IMG/VR virus record: IMGVR_UViG_3300029268_000006
Location: 68,135 to 132,134 of that record
Strand: one strand, 5' to 3'
Length of the DNA: 64,000 bases
Origin: a virus
Numbering within the stretch: the first letter of the stretch is position 1; every line of letters starts with the position of its first letter. Position numbers and translations under genes: made by a program. The notes under the pieces were generated by a model. That model saw only the letters and a program-made list of their open reading frames with translations, was not told the DNA's origin and made no database searches. Of this stretch, positions 39,334 to 49,022 are shown one piece after another.

Positions 39334-40201
39334 TAGGTATAGGCGCTTAGGTATCCCGTGTTTTGATACCTTTGAGCCATGGAAACAAGAGAAATTTTCA
39401 GCGGCGTGAACTCAATCAAAATGGTCCTGGGAAAAAACCCTTTTCAAGACGCTGTTCAAAATGCAAATATGATGAAAGTCCGACTGCAGGAACAATGTTT
39501 GATAAAACCAAGTTTTCATTGTTAATCGCGTTCCACATTGTTTTTAAAATTGGGACAAAGAAAAAAGGGATGTCCTCATTAGAATTAAGTCATGAATTTG
39601 AGTTACGGCAAAAAACTTGCTGGGAGTTTAAATGGAAGATACAGCAAGCGATGCAGAGTAGTTTAATGTATCCTCTTGAAGGTGAGGTTCATGTTGATGA
39701 ATTATGGATCGGCGGGCCTGAGCAAATAAAAAGAGGTCGGAGTATAGGATCCAAAAAACTTGTTGTTTTAGCTTTAGAAAAATTATCTGATGGGGTTGGG
39801 AGAGCTTATGCACAAATAATCGAACATACATCAGCAAAAGAATTCAGAGGATTTTTCGATAACCATATTTCAAAGAACGCTAAAATAATAACCGATGAAT
39901 GGAAAGGATACAGTCCATTAAAAAAAGAGTATCCCGGCATTGAACAACGGAAATCAGACGATGGTAATTCTTTTGTTGACCTGCATGTTCATATTATGAA
40001 TTTAAAAGGTTGGTTGAGAGGAATACACCATCACTGCAGTAAAGAAAGATTACAGGGTTATCTTGATGAATACCATTATAGATACAATAGAAGAAATAAT
40101 ATGGACACAATCTTCGATTTGCTCCTTAAAAAGATGGTTATTAATGAACCGATTCGTTTATCTACGGGCATTTCGGAGGGATAACTAAACGCCTATACCT
40201 A
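39334..40201 (+). mobile_element. IS1595-family insertion sequence, 868 bp, probably 5'-deleted
   Basis: 24-bp imperfect TIRs TAGGTATAGGCGCTTAGGTATCCC / GGGATAACTAAACGCCTATACCTA; 8-bp TSD TAATTCTA at 39326-39333 and 40202-40209; richer in GC than its flanks. Confidence 0.9.
39363..40184 (+). CDS. IS1595 DDE transposase with an incomplete N-terminal Zn ribbon
   Basis: GEVHVDE, IITDEWKGY, NLKGWLRGIHH, LQGYLDEYHYRYNRR; only one CxxC and no ATG start. Confidence 0.85.
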   Translation: MIPLSHGNKRNFQRRELNQNGPGKKPFSRRCSKCKYDESPTAGTMFDKTKFSLLIAFHIVFKIGTKKKGMSSLELSHEFELRQKTCWEFKWKIQQAMQSSLMYPLEGEVHVDELWIGGPEQIKRGRSIGSKKLVVLALEKLSDGVGRAYAQIIEHTSAKEFRGFFDNHISKNAKIITDEWKGYSPLKKEYPGIEQRKSDDGNSFVDLHVHIMNLKGWLRGIHHHCSKERLQGYLDEYHYRYNRRNNMDTIFDLLLKKMVINEPIRLSTGISEG

Positions 40202-40639
40202 TAATTCTAATTTTAAATCTTCTATATTAAAAAAAACATTTCCACCATTGGACATACAAAAAATATACATTATATCCCATCTTTCTGGTTCTTGATCGAA
40301 TAACACCCAACATTTTTTACCTTTTCCAATCATATAACCCAGTTCCAGATGACATGATTTTCCGGCTGGCATTACCAAAACAGCCATATCACAACGATCC
40401 AGATGAAACTTATCAAATTCAAATATGTGTTTTGCTGCCCAACCATTAAGTGCTTCTTTATATGATATGTTTTTAGTCTTTTCATATTCTCTCCAAAAAT
40501 CATCTGCTTCTGGCCCCGGTGAAAACCAATCATCAAAAACATCAAATCCCATTTTTCTTAATTCATTTCCGATAACCGGAATTTTCGGGTTCTTCAAAGC
40601 ACCCATCAAATATATACTTTTTGTTTTTTTAATTTCCAT
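40199..40639 (-). CDS. nucleoside 2-deoxyribosyltransferase-like protein
   Basis: IYLMGAL...GFDVFDDW...D...LDRCD.AVLV..AGKS.HLELGY..GKGK. Confidence 0.75.
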   Translation of the reverse strand: MEIKKTKSIYLMGALKNPKIPVIGNELRKMGFDVFDDWFSPGPEADDFWREYEKTKNISYKEALNGWAAKHIFEFDKFHLDRCDMAVLVMPAGKSCHLELGYMIGKGKKCWVLFDQEPERWDIMYIFCMSNGGNVFFNIEDLKLEL

Positions 40640-40682
40640 ATGTTTAGTTATTTATGATTATAGGTTAAATTCTCTTGAAAGT

Positions 40683-40979
40683 TTATATTCCAAATAAAGG
40701 TTTTAAAATTTTATCAATAACAAATTTATTAACTTTGTCGTAATTATAATCTTCTAAATAACCATCATTGTCAATTTTTCCTTTAACTAATTTGTTTTTA
40801 ATTAGACAAATAATTAAATCACCATCCCAAGAAGAATTACCAAATGGTCTTTTACCATTAAATCCTTCTTGTTCCAACCATAATTTTTCCATCAATTTAT
40901 AAAAAAATTCACGAATTGTGACTTCTTTATGTAAATCTTGTGATTTGAATTTTAAATTTAAAATTTCTTCTGTTTCCAT
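40683..40979 (-). CDS. hypothetical phage protein
   Basis: LW.EQEGFNGKRPFGNSSW motif. Confidence 0.6.
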   Translation of the reverse strand: METEEILNLKFKSQDLHKEVTIREFFYKLMEKLWLEQEGFNGKRPFGNSSWDGDLIICLIKNKLVKGKIDNDGYLEDYNYDKVNKFVIDKILKPLFGI

Positions 40980-40982
40980 AAT

Positions 40983-41192
40983 TTAAAAATTTATTTTTTC
41001 TTCGTTTAATATTTTTTCTAACTTTTCAAATCTTGTTTTATTAATGTATTTTTCTTCTGATAATAAATCTTTCCAATTTACAATGCAATTACATTTATTA
41101 CATTTCTGAAGAAGGAAATGTCCAAACGGTTGTTTTTGCCAATCATAAGAACCACATTCAGGACAACACCAATTTTCAGTCAAAGGAACCAA
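40983..41192 (-). CDS. small Zn-ribbon protein
   Basis: CPECGS...KCNKC. Confidence 0.6.
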   Translation of the reverse strand: MVPLTENWCCPECGSYDWQKQPFGHFLLQKCNKCNCIVNWKDLLSEEKYINKTRFEKLEKILNEEKINF

Positions 41193-41347
41193 TTTTATAA
41201 AAATTTATTTTTTCTGCTTTGTCAATTACATTTTTTATTTTACTATATAATTCTTCACTTATTACGGGATCATCCCAAGGACCACTTGTTATATCAAATA
41301 TCATTTTTAATGTTTCTAACAATTCTTTATTGATTTCTTCCATGAAT

Positions 41348-41596
41348 TTATATGTTTATTTTTTCTTCGTTTAATATTTTTTCCAATGTTTCAAATCTGG
41401 TTTTGTTAATATTTTCTTCAATGGATAATAAATCATTCCGAGTTCCTATCCAATTACATTTATTACATTTTTGATTACTTATATTTAAATACCAACACCA
41501 ATGTCAACATCCATCATCAGAACCACATTCAGGACAACACCAATCAACCAAAGATGTTATATTTTCAAATTGGTCCAGTGCAAGATTACCACTCAT
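41348..41596 (-). pseudogene. disrupted paralogue of the adjacent Zn-ribbon gene
   Basis: MSGNL...WCCPECGSDDGC*(TGA 41504-41506)...QKCNKCNW...INKTRFETLEKILNEEKINI*. Confidence 0.6.
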
Positions 41597-41675
41597 TTGA
41601 ATTTATTTTTAATTCATCTAATATTTTTTTCAATGTTTCAAATCTTTTTTCATTGATACCAACCAGAATAAGACA

Positions 41676-44600
41676 TTATTTCAATTTCTTTTTTAATTCA
41701 TCTAGTTCATCCAACCAAATATCTTCTATTTTGATACTTTCCAGAATTTTCAATTTTTCTTTACTTTTTTCAAATTCTTCTTTTAATTCAATCAACTTCT
41801 CTTTCGTTAAACTAACAATTGACATATTTAAAAGATAAGAATACCCATCGTTGACTTTCATCAAATCTAATTTGATAATATCCTTTTCAATATCTTCCCT
41901 TGTTCTTTTATTTATTTTTAGTTTATCATCAATAACATTTTTAATAAACAACATCCTGTTTTTAATGATTTCTATATCATATTTTAGTTGTTTTATCTGA
42001 AAAAGTTTCCTTTTGTTATAGTAATCTAAACGAACATCGAAATAATGATTTATTATATCATATTGATTGTCAAATTTTTTAATCTTTTTATTTTCATCAA
42101 AAAGGTGCATGTTTCCAAATGGTATGTAAGTTTCCATTTTCAATGATTTCCAAATATTACTTAAAAATTCTTTCGGAACATCTCTGGTCAAATAAATTTT
42201 TATTTTAATATCCTTTTCATTCCCGTCTTTTGTCCAATCACGAATATATGCCTTCCTTATTAATTTTCCCTTATCATCTTTTTTATCATCTGATAATTCA
42301 TCCAGAAATTCAAAATATTTGTTGTTCCAAGTCCACAACGGTAATTCTTTTATTTCGTAAACATGATCTGATATTTTATCCATTAATCCTCTGGAAATGT
42401 ATCTTTTATTTTCTAAATCCATTATAATTTTACCTTTGAAATATTTATAATATGGATTTAATTCTATATTTTTCTTTCCTTTAATTTTATTTTGAAGATA
42501 TGTGATAAGATCAACCGGATTAAAACTAGGAATATCTGTTGAATAACCATATCCAATTCCAGCTGCACCATTCATTAAAATTGTGGGTATTATAGGAACA
42601 TAAAAATTCGGTTCTATTGGAAATCCATCATCATTTTGATATGTAAGAACATCATTATCTTCTTTTCTAAAAATATAATGTGTTAATTCATTTAATTTTG
42701 TAAAAATATAACGTGGACTAGCTGAATCATCACCACCTTTTAATCGTGAACCAAATTGTCCTTTCGGTAATAAAAGATTAATATTATTTGTTCCAACAAA
42801 ATCTTGTGCCATTGCAATAATGGTTTGTTCCAAAGAAATATTTCCTTGATGATAAGCTGCAATTTCAATTATAGAACCAGATAAGGAACTAACTTTTATT
42901 TCACCCTTTATATTTTTTTTATATAAAGTATAAATAACCTTTCTTTGACTCGGTTTTAGACCATCTACAATACTTGGAATAGTTCTAATGTTATCTGACA
43001 TTGAAAAATCCATCAATTCATTATTTATAAATTTATCATAGGTTTGTTTGGTTGTAAATTTATCAATAAAATCAACAGGATTATAATTTTTCATCCATTC
43101 TTTTCGATCATTTGCTCTTTTAGAATTAAAAGCTAAATCAATAAGATCTTCCGTATTCATTTTAACGTCATAATAGTAACGTATAAGATGTTTGTTTATA
43201 TTTTTGAAGAAAGACTTCATCTCATTCGGTTCTATCGTCCCAAGTCCTTTAATCCACTTAATTTCACTACCAACCAAATTGTCTTTTTCTTTCTTATAAT
43301 CTTCCAATCTGTAAAAATATTTCATTTTATTTCCTTTAGTGGTACACTTTATAATTGGTGTAGTAAAATCTTGTAAAAAATTCATAGATAAAAGTTCTGG
43401 CCAAAATGTATCAAACAGATTTATAATCAGTCCTCTAATATGATTCCCATCGCAATCAGCATCTGCCATCAATACCACTTTACCATATCTCAATTTCGAT
43501 GTTTCAGTATATTTTTTTCCAAATTCCAATCCTAAAATATTTATTATACTTTTAATTTCTTCATTTTCTCTTACTTTTTGTAAATTAACATCTCTACAAT
43601 TCATCGGCTTACCTTTTAGCGGAAAAACACCAAAGTATGACGCATCAACTTCCGACAAACCAGCTATAATGGAAGAGCTTGCCGAATCACCTTCTGCGAG
43701 AAAAAGCAAGCATTTATCACTTTCATATGTTCCAGCCTTTTTTGCGTCATCCAGTTTTGAAATTTTTATTTTATGTTTACCAATTTCTTTTTTGGTATCA
43801 ACTTGTTCTTTAATATTTAGAAATTTAATAACATCTTCAATAATTTTGGAATTTGAAAATTGTTTGATCAATTTTTCGGATAATTCCGGACTACCACCAT
43901 TTATTTTACTTGTCAAAGTTTCTTTCGATTGTTCATCAAATGTTGGATTATCTATTTTTGAATTAACAAATAGGAAAATATTATTTTTTATATCATTTGA
44001 TTTAATATTTAATTTTTTATATTTCTTAGATAATATTTCTTGTGTGCTTTTTGTTAATTGATTCGAAATATAATTTACGTGTGTTCCGCCTTTATATGTT
44101 GATATTCCATTAACCATTGAAACTTGATTGAAACCACCGTCAAATGATTTTGCAATTCCTATTTCCCAATCATCATTTAATTTTTCTGTAAAGAGTTCGG
44201 AATTATCATCAACAAATAATTTCATGTAGTCTTTGAAATTTTTAACTGGTATTAATACATTATTGAAATACACTTTAATTCCCTGACAATAAACAGAAAT
44301 ATCAACACATCTTCTTAATAAAACGGATTTTATTTCATCATCCATTTCAGTTAAACCAAATCTGTTGAAATCCGGATAAAATGTTATTTTTGTATAATTC
44401 TTTTTTAAACCGGATATTTTTGGTTTTGTTTTTTTAGACATATTATCGGTAAATTCTTGATAATATTTATTTTTACCATCTGCTGTTTCAACTATAAATT
44501 TTTTAGAAAAAATATTTGTACTTTTAGCCCCGATTCCATTTCGTCCACCCCAAGTTCTTTTTATATTATCGTCAAAATTTTCGCTAGTGAAGGTATTTCC

Positions 44601-44954
44601 GAATAACATTTCCGGCAAGTACATCTTTTCTTTTTTATGTATTACCACTGGAATTCCGGGACCATCATTTGTAATAGAAATATTATCTTTTTCAACATCA
44701 ACTTTAATATATTTTACCTTTGCTGTTCTTATGAAATGATCAGATGCATTGGTTAGAATTTCATCAATAATTTTAAAAAATCCGGGATTATACTTGATAT
44801 TTTTATTTATAATTTTAATATTATTAATATCTTCAACAATAAAAAGATTTCTATCTTCGGTAATAATTGAACCTATGGTAGAATCCGGCCTTAAAAGTAT
44901 TTGATCTCTATGTTCTAAATGTAAATATTTTTCTTCAATTGTTTTATCTTTCAT
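41676..44954 (-). CDS. single-chain type IIA DNA topoisomerase (GHKL ATPase + TOPRIM + breakage-reunion)
   Basis: DEILTNASD, GRNGIGAK, AEGDSA, PLKGK, MADADCDG.HI, DGLKPSQRK, YHQG, SASPRY (catalytic Tyr). Confidence 0.95.
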   Translation of the reverse strand: MKDKTIEEKYLHLEHRDQILLRPDSTIGSIITEDRNLFIVEDINNIKIINKNIKYNPGFFKIIDEILTNASDHFIRTAKVKYIKVDVEKDNISITNDGPGIPVVIHKKEKMYLPEMLFGNTFTSENFDDNIKRTWGGRNGIGAKSTNIFSKKFIVETADGKNKYYQEFTDNMSKKTKPKISGLKKNYTKITFYPDFNRFGLTEMDDEIKSVLLRRCVDISVYCQGIKVYFNNVLIPVKNFKDYMKLFVDDNSELFTEKLNDDWEIGIAKSFDGGFNQVSMVNGISTYKGGTHVNYISNQLTKSTQEILSKKYKKLNIKSNDIKNNIFLFVNSKIDNPTFDEQSKETLTSKINGGSPELSEKLIKQFSNSKIIEDVIKFLNIKEQVDTKKEIGKHKIKISKLDDAKKAGTYESDKCLLFLAEGDSASSSIIAGLSEVDASYFGVFPLKGKPMNCRDVNLQKVRENEEIKSIINILGLEFGKKYTETSKLRYGKVVLMADADCDGNHIRGLIINLFDTFWPELLSMNFLQDFTTPIIKCTTKGNKMKYFYRLEDYKKEKDNLVGSEIKWIKGLGTIEPNEMKSFFKNINKHLIRYYYDVKMNTEDLIDLAFNSKRANDRKEWMKNYNPVDFIDKFTTKQTYDKFINNELMDFSMSDNIRTIPSIVDGLKPSQRKVIYTLYKKNIKGEIKVSSLSGSIIEIAAYHQGNISLEQTIIAMAQDFVGTNNINLLLPKGQFGSRLKGGDDSASPRYIFTKLNELTHYIFRKEDNDVLTYQNDDGFPIEPNFYVPIIPTILMNGAAGIGYGYSTDIPSFNPVDLITYLQNKIKGKKNIELNPYYKYFKGKIIMDLENKRYISRGLMDKISDHVYEIKELPLWTWNNKYFEFLDELSDDKKDDKGKLIRKAYIRDWTKDGNEKDIKIKIYLTRDVPKEFLSNIWKSLKMETYIPFGNMHLFDENKKIKKFDNQYDIINHYFDVRLDYYNKRKLFQIKQLKYDIEIIKNRMLFIKNVIDDKLKINKRTREDIEKDIIKLDLMKVNDGYSYLLNMSIVSLTKEKLIELKEEFEKSKEKLKILESIKIEDIWLDELDELKKKLK

Positions 44955-44967
44955 AGTCGTTATATAT

Positions 44968-45519
44968 TTGATAAAGTATTTTGTTTTGGATTTTTTTTGT
45001 TTAAGAATTTTATATATATTGAAAAAATATTATAGTGGTATGAAAGATTTATTTGTGGGTGAGGGGAAGAATAAAATAAGACTTATTGTAAACGAACAAA
45101 AATTAAAAAGAACAGATAAACCAATAATCGATGATCAACCAAAAGAAAGGACAAGAAAAGCAGAAATAGAAAGAAAAATCAAGGAAAGGGTTAAAAGTAT
45201 CATCGACATGAAATATAGAGATATTATTGAACAACAATATGATTTAAACATAAAAAACATAAGTAGTTATAAACCCCTTTTAGTTAAATTTTTTGGTAAA
45301 CCGATAAATTTTAAAAATTTGTTAAGTGATTTAAGAGATCTACAAACAGATTATGAAACAATAGAATCAGAGAATTCAACATTCGAAAGTTTTGTGGAAC
45401 AAGTATTATATTCTATTGAAATGTCAAAAATCGGTGCTGAAAAAGACAGACGAAATTTAGTCAAAGAACATGTTAATAATTTTGGTGATTTCATCCAAAA
45501 AAAATTAAAAAAAGATTAA
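44968..45519 (+). CDS. hypothetical protein; likely start MKDLFV at 45039
   Basis: ORF divergent from the topoisomerase gene. Confidence 0.5.
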   Translation: MIKYFVLDFFCLRILYILKKYYSGMKDLFVGEGKNKIRLIVNEQKLKRTDKPIIDDQPKERTRKAEIERKIKERVKSIIDMKYRDIIEQQYDLNIKNISSYKPLLVKFFGKPINFKNLLSDLRDLQTDYETIESENSTFESFVEQVLYSIEMSKIGAEKDRRNLVKEHVNNFGDFIQKKLKKD

Positions 45520-45670
45520 ACAAATTTATTGGTACAATAAGTTGATAATCATTTTTTTACATTAAATAATGTCAAAAAAGTGGTTTTTTTATTAGATATA
45601 TATGTTAACGTTAAAAAACGCAAAAAATAAGGTATGAAAAATCCTATAATAAATTAATTATCAGGTAATT

Positions 45671-46735
45671 ATGAAAACAGATGATTGGGAGTCTTGGCAG
45701 TGGCAATTGTCAAACTCGATTAGAAATTTAGAAGATTTAAAAAAAGAGTTAAATCTGTTAGAAGAAGAAAAAATTGAAAATGTATCCAACGAAGATAAAT
45801 TATCATCATTATCTTTAAAAATAACACCCTATTATTTAGACTTAATTAAAAAGAACCCAATTTTAAGAAGAACTGTTGTTCCAACAATATATGAATTTGA
45901 ACATTCTGATGTGGAAAGTGTTGATCCATTATTTGAAGAACAATATAGAAAGACAGCATGCATAATTCAGAAGTATCCAAATAGAGTCCTCTTTACTATC
46001 ACCAAGCAATGTGCAAGTTACTGTAGATATTGCACCAGATCTCGTATGGTTGGTGATAATAAAAATTTTAACAAAGAAGATTGGAATGATGCTTTTGAGT
46101 ATATAAGAAATAATGATATAAAAGATGTTTTACTTAGTGGTGGTGATGCTTTGATGCTTACAAATTTACAATTGGAATTTTTATTAAGTAAATTAACAGA
46201 TATTCCGAACGTAGATATTATAAGAATTGGAACAAAAATTCCTGTTACTCTTCCATTTCGTGTGGATTCTGGTTTGATCGAAATTTTAAAAAGATATAAT
46301 GAAATAAAACCAATATATGTAAACATTCATGTAACACACCCATCCGAAATAACAACCGAATTTATAGAATCTTGTAATAATCTTTCAATAGAATCTAATT
46401 GTATTCTAGGATCACAAACAGTCATTCTTAAAGGAATTAATGATGATGCTCAAATTTTGAAAGAATTATTTCATAAATTATTAAAAAATAGAATTAAGCC
46501 CTATTATGCATATCAAATGGATAAAATAATAGGTGGTTCACATTTCAGAATAGATATTGAAAAATTTATAGATTTACAAAAACAATTACTTTCTTATAAC
46601 TCCGGTTTGGAAGTTCCAGATTTTATAATTGATTCTGAGATAGGCAAAATTCCACTTCGATTGGATTATGTGAAAAGAGAAAACGGAAAATATATTTTGA
46701 CCAGTTTTGAGAAAAACAAATCTATTGAATATTAA
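45671..46735 (+). CDS. kamA: KamA family radical SAM enzyme (lysine 2,3-aminomutase / EpmB-like)
   Basis: WQWQLSN, KYPNRVL, CASYCRYCTR, LLSGGDAL, IRIGTK.PV..P.R, SQTVILKGIND. Confidence 0.85.
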   Translation: MKTDDWESWQWQLSNSIRNLEDLKKELNLLEEEKIENVSNEDKLSSLSLKITPYYLDLIKKNPILRRTVVPTIYEFEHSDVESVDPLFEEQYRKTACIIQKYPNRVLFTITKQCASYCRYCTRSRMVGDNKNFNKEDWNDAFEYIRNNDIKDVLLSGGDALMLTNLQLEFLLSKLTDIPNVDIIRIGTKIPVTLPFRVDSGLIEILKRYNEIKPIYVNIHVTHPSEITTEFIESCNNLSIESNCILGSQTVILKGINDDAQILKELFHKLLKNRIKPYYAYQMDKIIGGSHFRIDIEKFIDLQKQLLSYNSGLEVPDFIIDSEIGKIPLRLDYVKRENGKYILTSFEKNKSIEY

Positions 46736-46739
46736 ACTT

Positions 46740-48002
46740 TTAAACTTTTTTAATCATATGTGAACAAATTTCATCTAACCATTGATTATGTATGGATTTC
46801 TGATAAGCACCAGATGAAAATTCGTGAAATTTATTTCTGGTATCATATTTAAGAGCTTCTTCTCTACATTTTTCTTTTGTCCATTGCTTTCTAATCACAA
46901 TCATATGTGAACAAATTTCATTTAATATTTTCATATTTTGTGCTATTTTATAAGCCACTCCACTTTTATGTTGAAATTCAGATCTATTTTTATATTTTAA
47001 GGATTCCTCTTGACATCTTTCTTTTGTCCAATAATTGTTTTGTTTTTTAATAGATATCATATGTGAACAAATTTCATCCAACCAATTGTTATAACGAGAT
47101 TTTTGATATGATGCTGATGAATATTTTTGAAATTCATTTCTATAATTATATTTCAAAGCTTCTTCACGACATTTTTCTTTTTCCAATTTAAACTTTTCTT
47201 TATAATCCTTTTGAGTTTTTAGTGAAATTTTTTTTGTTCGAAAATAAGATTTTTCTGGAATTTTCTTTATCATATGAGAACAAATTTCATCTAGTATTCC
47301 TATTCTTTTGGCACTTTGATAGGCACTCATAGAATTTTTATAAAATTCACTTTTGGATATATATTTTAAAGACTCATCTTTACATTTTTCTTTTGTCCAT
47401 TTTAAAATATTACCACCAAGTCCACCTGTTTTTCTTTTATTTAATATATACCAACCATTTTTTCTATATTCATTCACATAAAAATTTTCAAAATATATTG
47501 CCTTTTCAATTTCTATATAATTAGTTAGTTGTTTTAATTCATATGTAAAATTTTGATTTATTTTTTTATATACTGATGATTTGTTTTCTTTTTTTGTGGA
47601 AGTTGTATGTCTTTTGTGTCTATTATTAATATTAAAAGTTAATCCAATATATACAGAATGATCAGGAAATTCATAAACATATATACAACGTTTCACAATA
47701 TTTCCAATTATCGTCATATGAGAACAAATATCATCAATAATTTTTAATTTTTTCGATCTATTGTAAGATGATGGTGAATTTATTGAAAATTCTTTTTTGG
47801 TGGAATATTTTAAAGCTTCTTTTCGACATCTTTCTTTTGTCCAGTAACCATTTGGTTTTTTAATTTCAATCATATGAGAACATATGTCATCAATCCAATG
47901 ATTTTTCAAAGATGCTGTAGAAGCACCAGAATTTTTATAAAATTCACTTCTTGTTTTACATTTCAATGCTTCTTCCCAACACTTTTCTTTAGTCCATTTC
48001 AT
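46740..48002 (-). CDS. GIY-YIG endonuclease flanked by WTKE.C...ALKY...WLDEICSHM repeats
   Basis: CIYVYEF..SVYIGLT...R core; two repeats upstream and about four downstream. Confidence 0.8.
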   Translation of the reverse strand: MKWTKEKCWEEALKCKTRSEFYKNSGASTASLKNHWIDDICSHMIEIKKPNGYWTKERCRKEALKYSTKKEFSINSPSSYNRSKKLKIIDDICSHMTIIGNIVKRCIYVYEFPDHSVYIGLTFNINNRHKRHTTSTKKENKSSVYKKINQNFTYELKQLTNYIEIEKAIYFENFYVNEYRKNGWYILNKRKTGGLGGNILKWTKEKCKDESLKYISKSEFYKNSMSAYQSAKRIGILDEICSHMIKKIPEKSYFRTKKISLKTQKDYKEKFKLEKEKCREEALKYNYRNEFQKYSSASYQKSRYNNWLDEICSHMISIKKQNNYWTKERCQEESLKYKNRSEFQHKSGVAYKIAQNMKILNEICSHMIVIRKQWTKEKCREEALKYDTRNKFHEFSSGAYQKSIHNQWLDEICSHMIKKV

Positions 48003-48102
48003 AAATGTTTTTATTTCTATATATTAAATTTCAAATTTCAAATATCAATAAATGAAATAAATGAAACTAATATTTTAATATATAGAAATAAAAAGGAAAT
48101 GG

Positions 48103-48261
48103 ATGAAAAATAAAAATCAGAAAATTAGAGTATTTTTTACTATGAATCAGGATATTAATTCGATATTCGAGAAATATATCGATGATAATTTGTTAAATAA
48201 AAGTAAAATTTTGGAAAATTTAATAACAGAATATCTTAAAAAGAATAATATAATGGATTAA
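48103..48261 (+). CDS. ribbon-helix-helix protein, 52 aa, not in the ORF track
   Basis: MKNKNQKIRVFFTMNQDINSIFEKYIDDNLLNKSKILENLITEYLKKNNIMD*. Confidence 0.6.
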   Translation: MKNKNQKIRVFFTMNQDINSIFEKYIDDNLLNKSKILENLITEYLKKNNIMD

Positions 48262-48281
48262 TCTATATATATTGGGATAGA

Positions 48282-48566
48282 CTAAATCTTCTTCCAAGAA
48301 ATATTATATTTTTTCATATAGAATTCTATTTCTTCGATTGATTTCTTCGAAAAATTTAACAATTCTCCCGGTTTAAAATTTTCTAATTGTTCCAGACATG
48401 TAACACCAATATGTTTCAGGGATTGGTAACTTCTTACAGAAAGATCCAAATCATCAATTTTAATTTCATTTACAGTATCAAAATTTCCACAACTTAAACA
48501 ACCATCAAGGTTATCTTGGTGGATATGACAATTTTCATAACTTTTTCCGAAAATACAAATTTTCAT
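48282..48566 (-). CDS. stand-alone RNA polymerase alpha-CTD-like protein
   Basis: IDDLDLSVRSYQSLKHIGV...L....NFSKKSIEEI matches the alpha-CTD HhH pattern. Confidence 0.75.
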   Translation of the reverse strand: MKICIFGKSYENCHIHQDNLDGCLSCGNFDTVNEIKIDDLDLSVRSYQSLKHIGVTCLEQLENFKPGELLNFSKKSIEEIEFYMKKYNISWKKI

Positions 48567-48570
48567 ATTT

Positions 48571-48972
48571 TTATTTTTGAAATTCTTCCAATTTTTTAAT
48601 CAATTCGGATAAAATGACATATTTTATTTCATAATCAGTACTATTTCCATAGTATTCATATTCTGTTTCATCATTTGTATGAATAAGTTTTTCAATTTCT
48701 TTGAATTGTAAATATGTAATTGTTGGCATAAGTTCACTTAAAACCAAATCCAGAATTTCAAAATTTGGTCTTTCGTTAATACCAATATAATAAGATTGTG
48801 GATCACTATCGTCCCAACAAGAACCACCACTTACACCACCAGTTTCCACTCTCATATAAATGACAGGTTCTTTGATATGTGTGGGGATACCATATGGTTC
48901 GGTATAAATACCCTGTTCAGAATCAGGTAATAATTTTTTAATTTTTTCGATTTGTTCTTTAGTCAATTCCAT
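48571..48972 (-). CDS. hypothetical phage protein
   Basis: TGGVSGGSCWD...EYYGNSTDY. Confidence 0.6.
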   Translation of the reverse strand: MELTKEQIEKIKKLLPDSEQGIYTEPYGIPTHIKEPVIYMRVETGGVSGGSCWDDSDPQSYYIGINERPNFEILDLVLSELMPTITYLQFKEIEKLIHTNDETEYEYYGNSTDYEIKYVILSELIKKLEEFQK

Positions 48973-49022
48973 AATTTTATAATTTGATTACAAAATTATA
49001 ACAAATTTTATAAATAAAAAAA

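Noticed and set aside
41504-41506. Selenocysteine TGA in the Zn-ribbon paralogue
   Set aside because: The codon does not align with a Cys in the intact paralogue, no SECIS-like hairpin is evident, and the local sequence looks frameshift-degraded.
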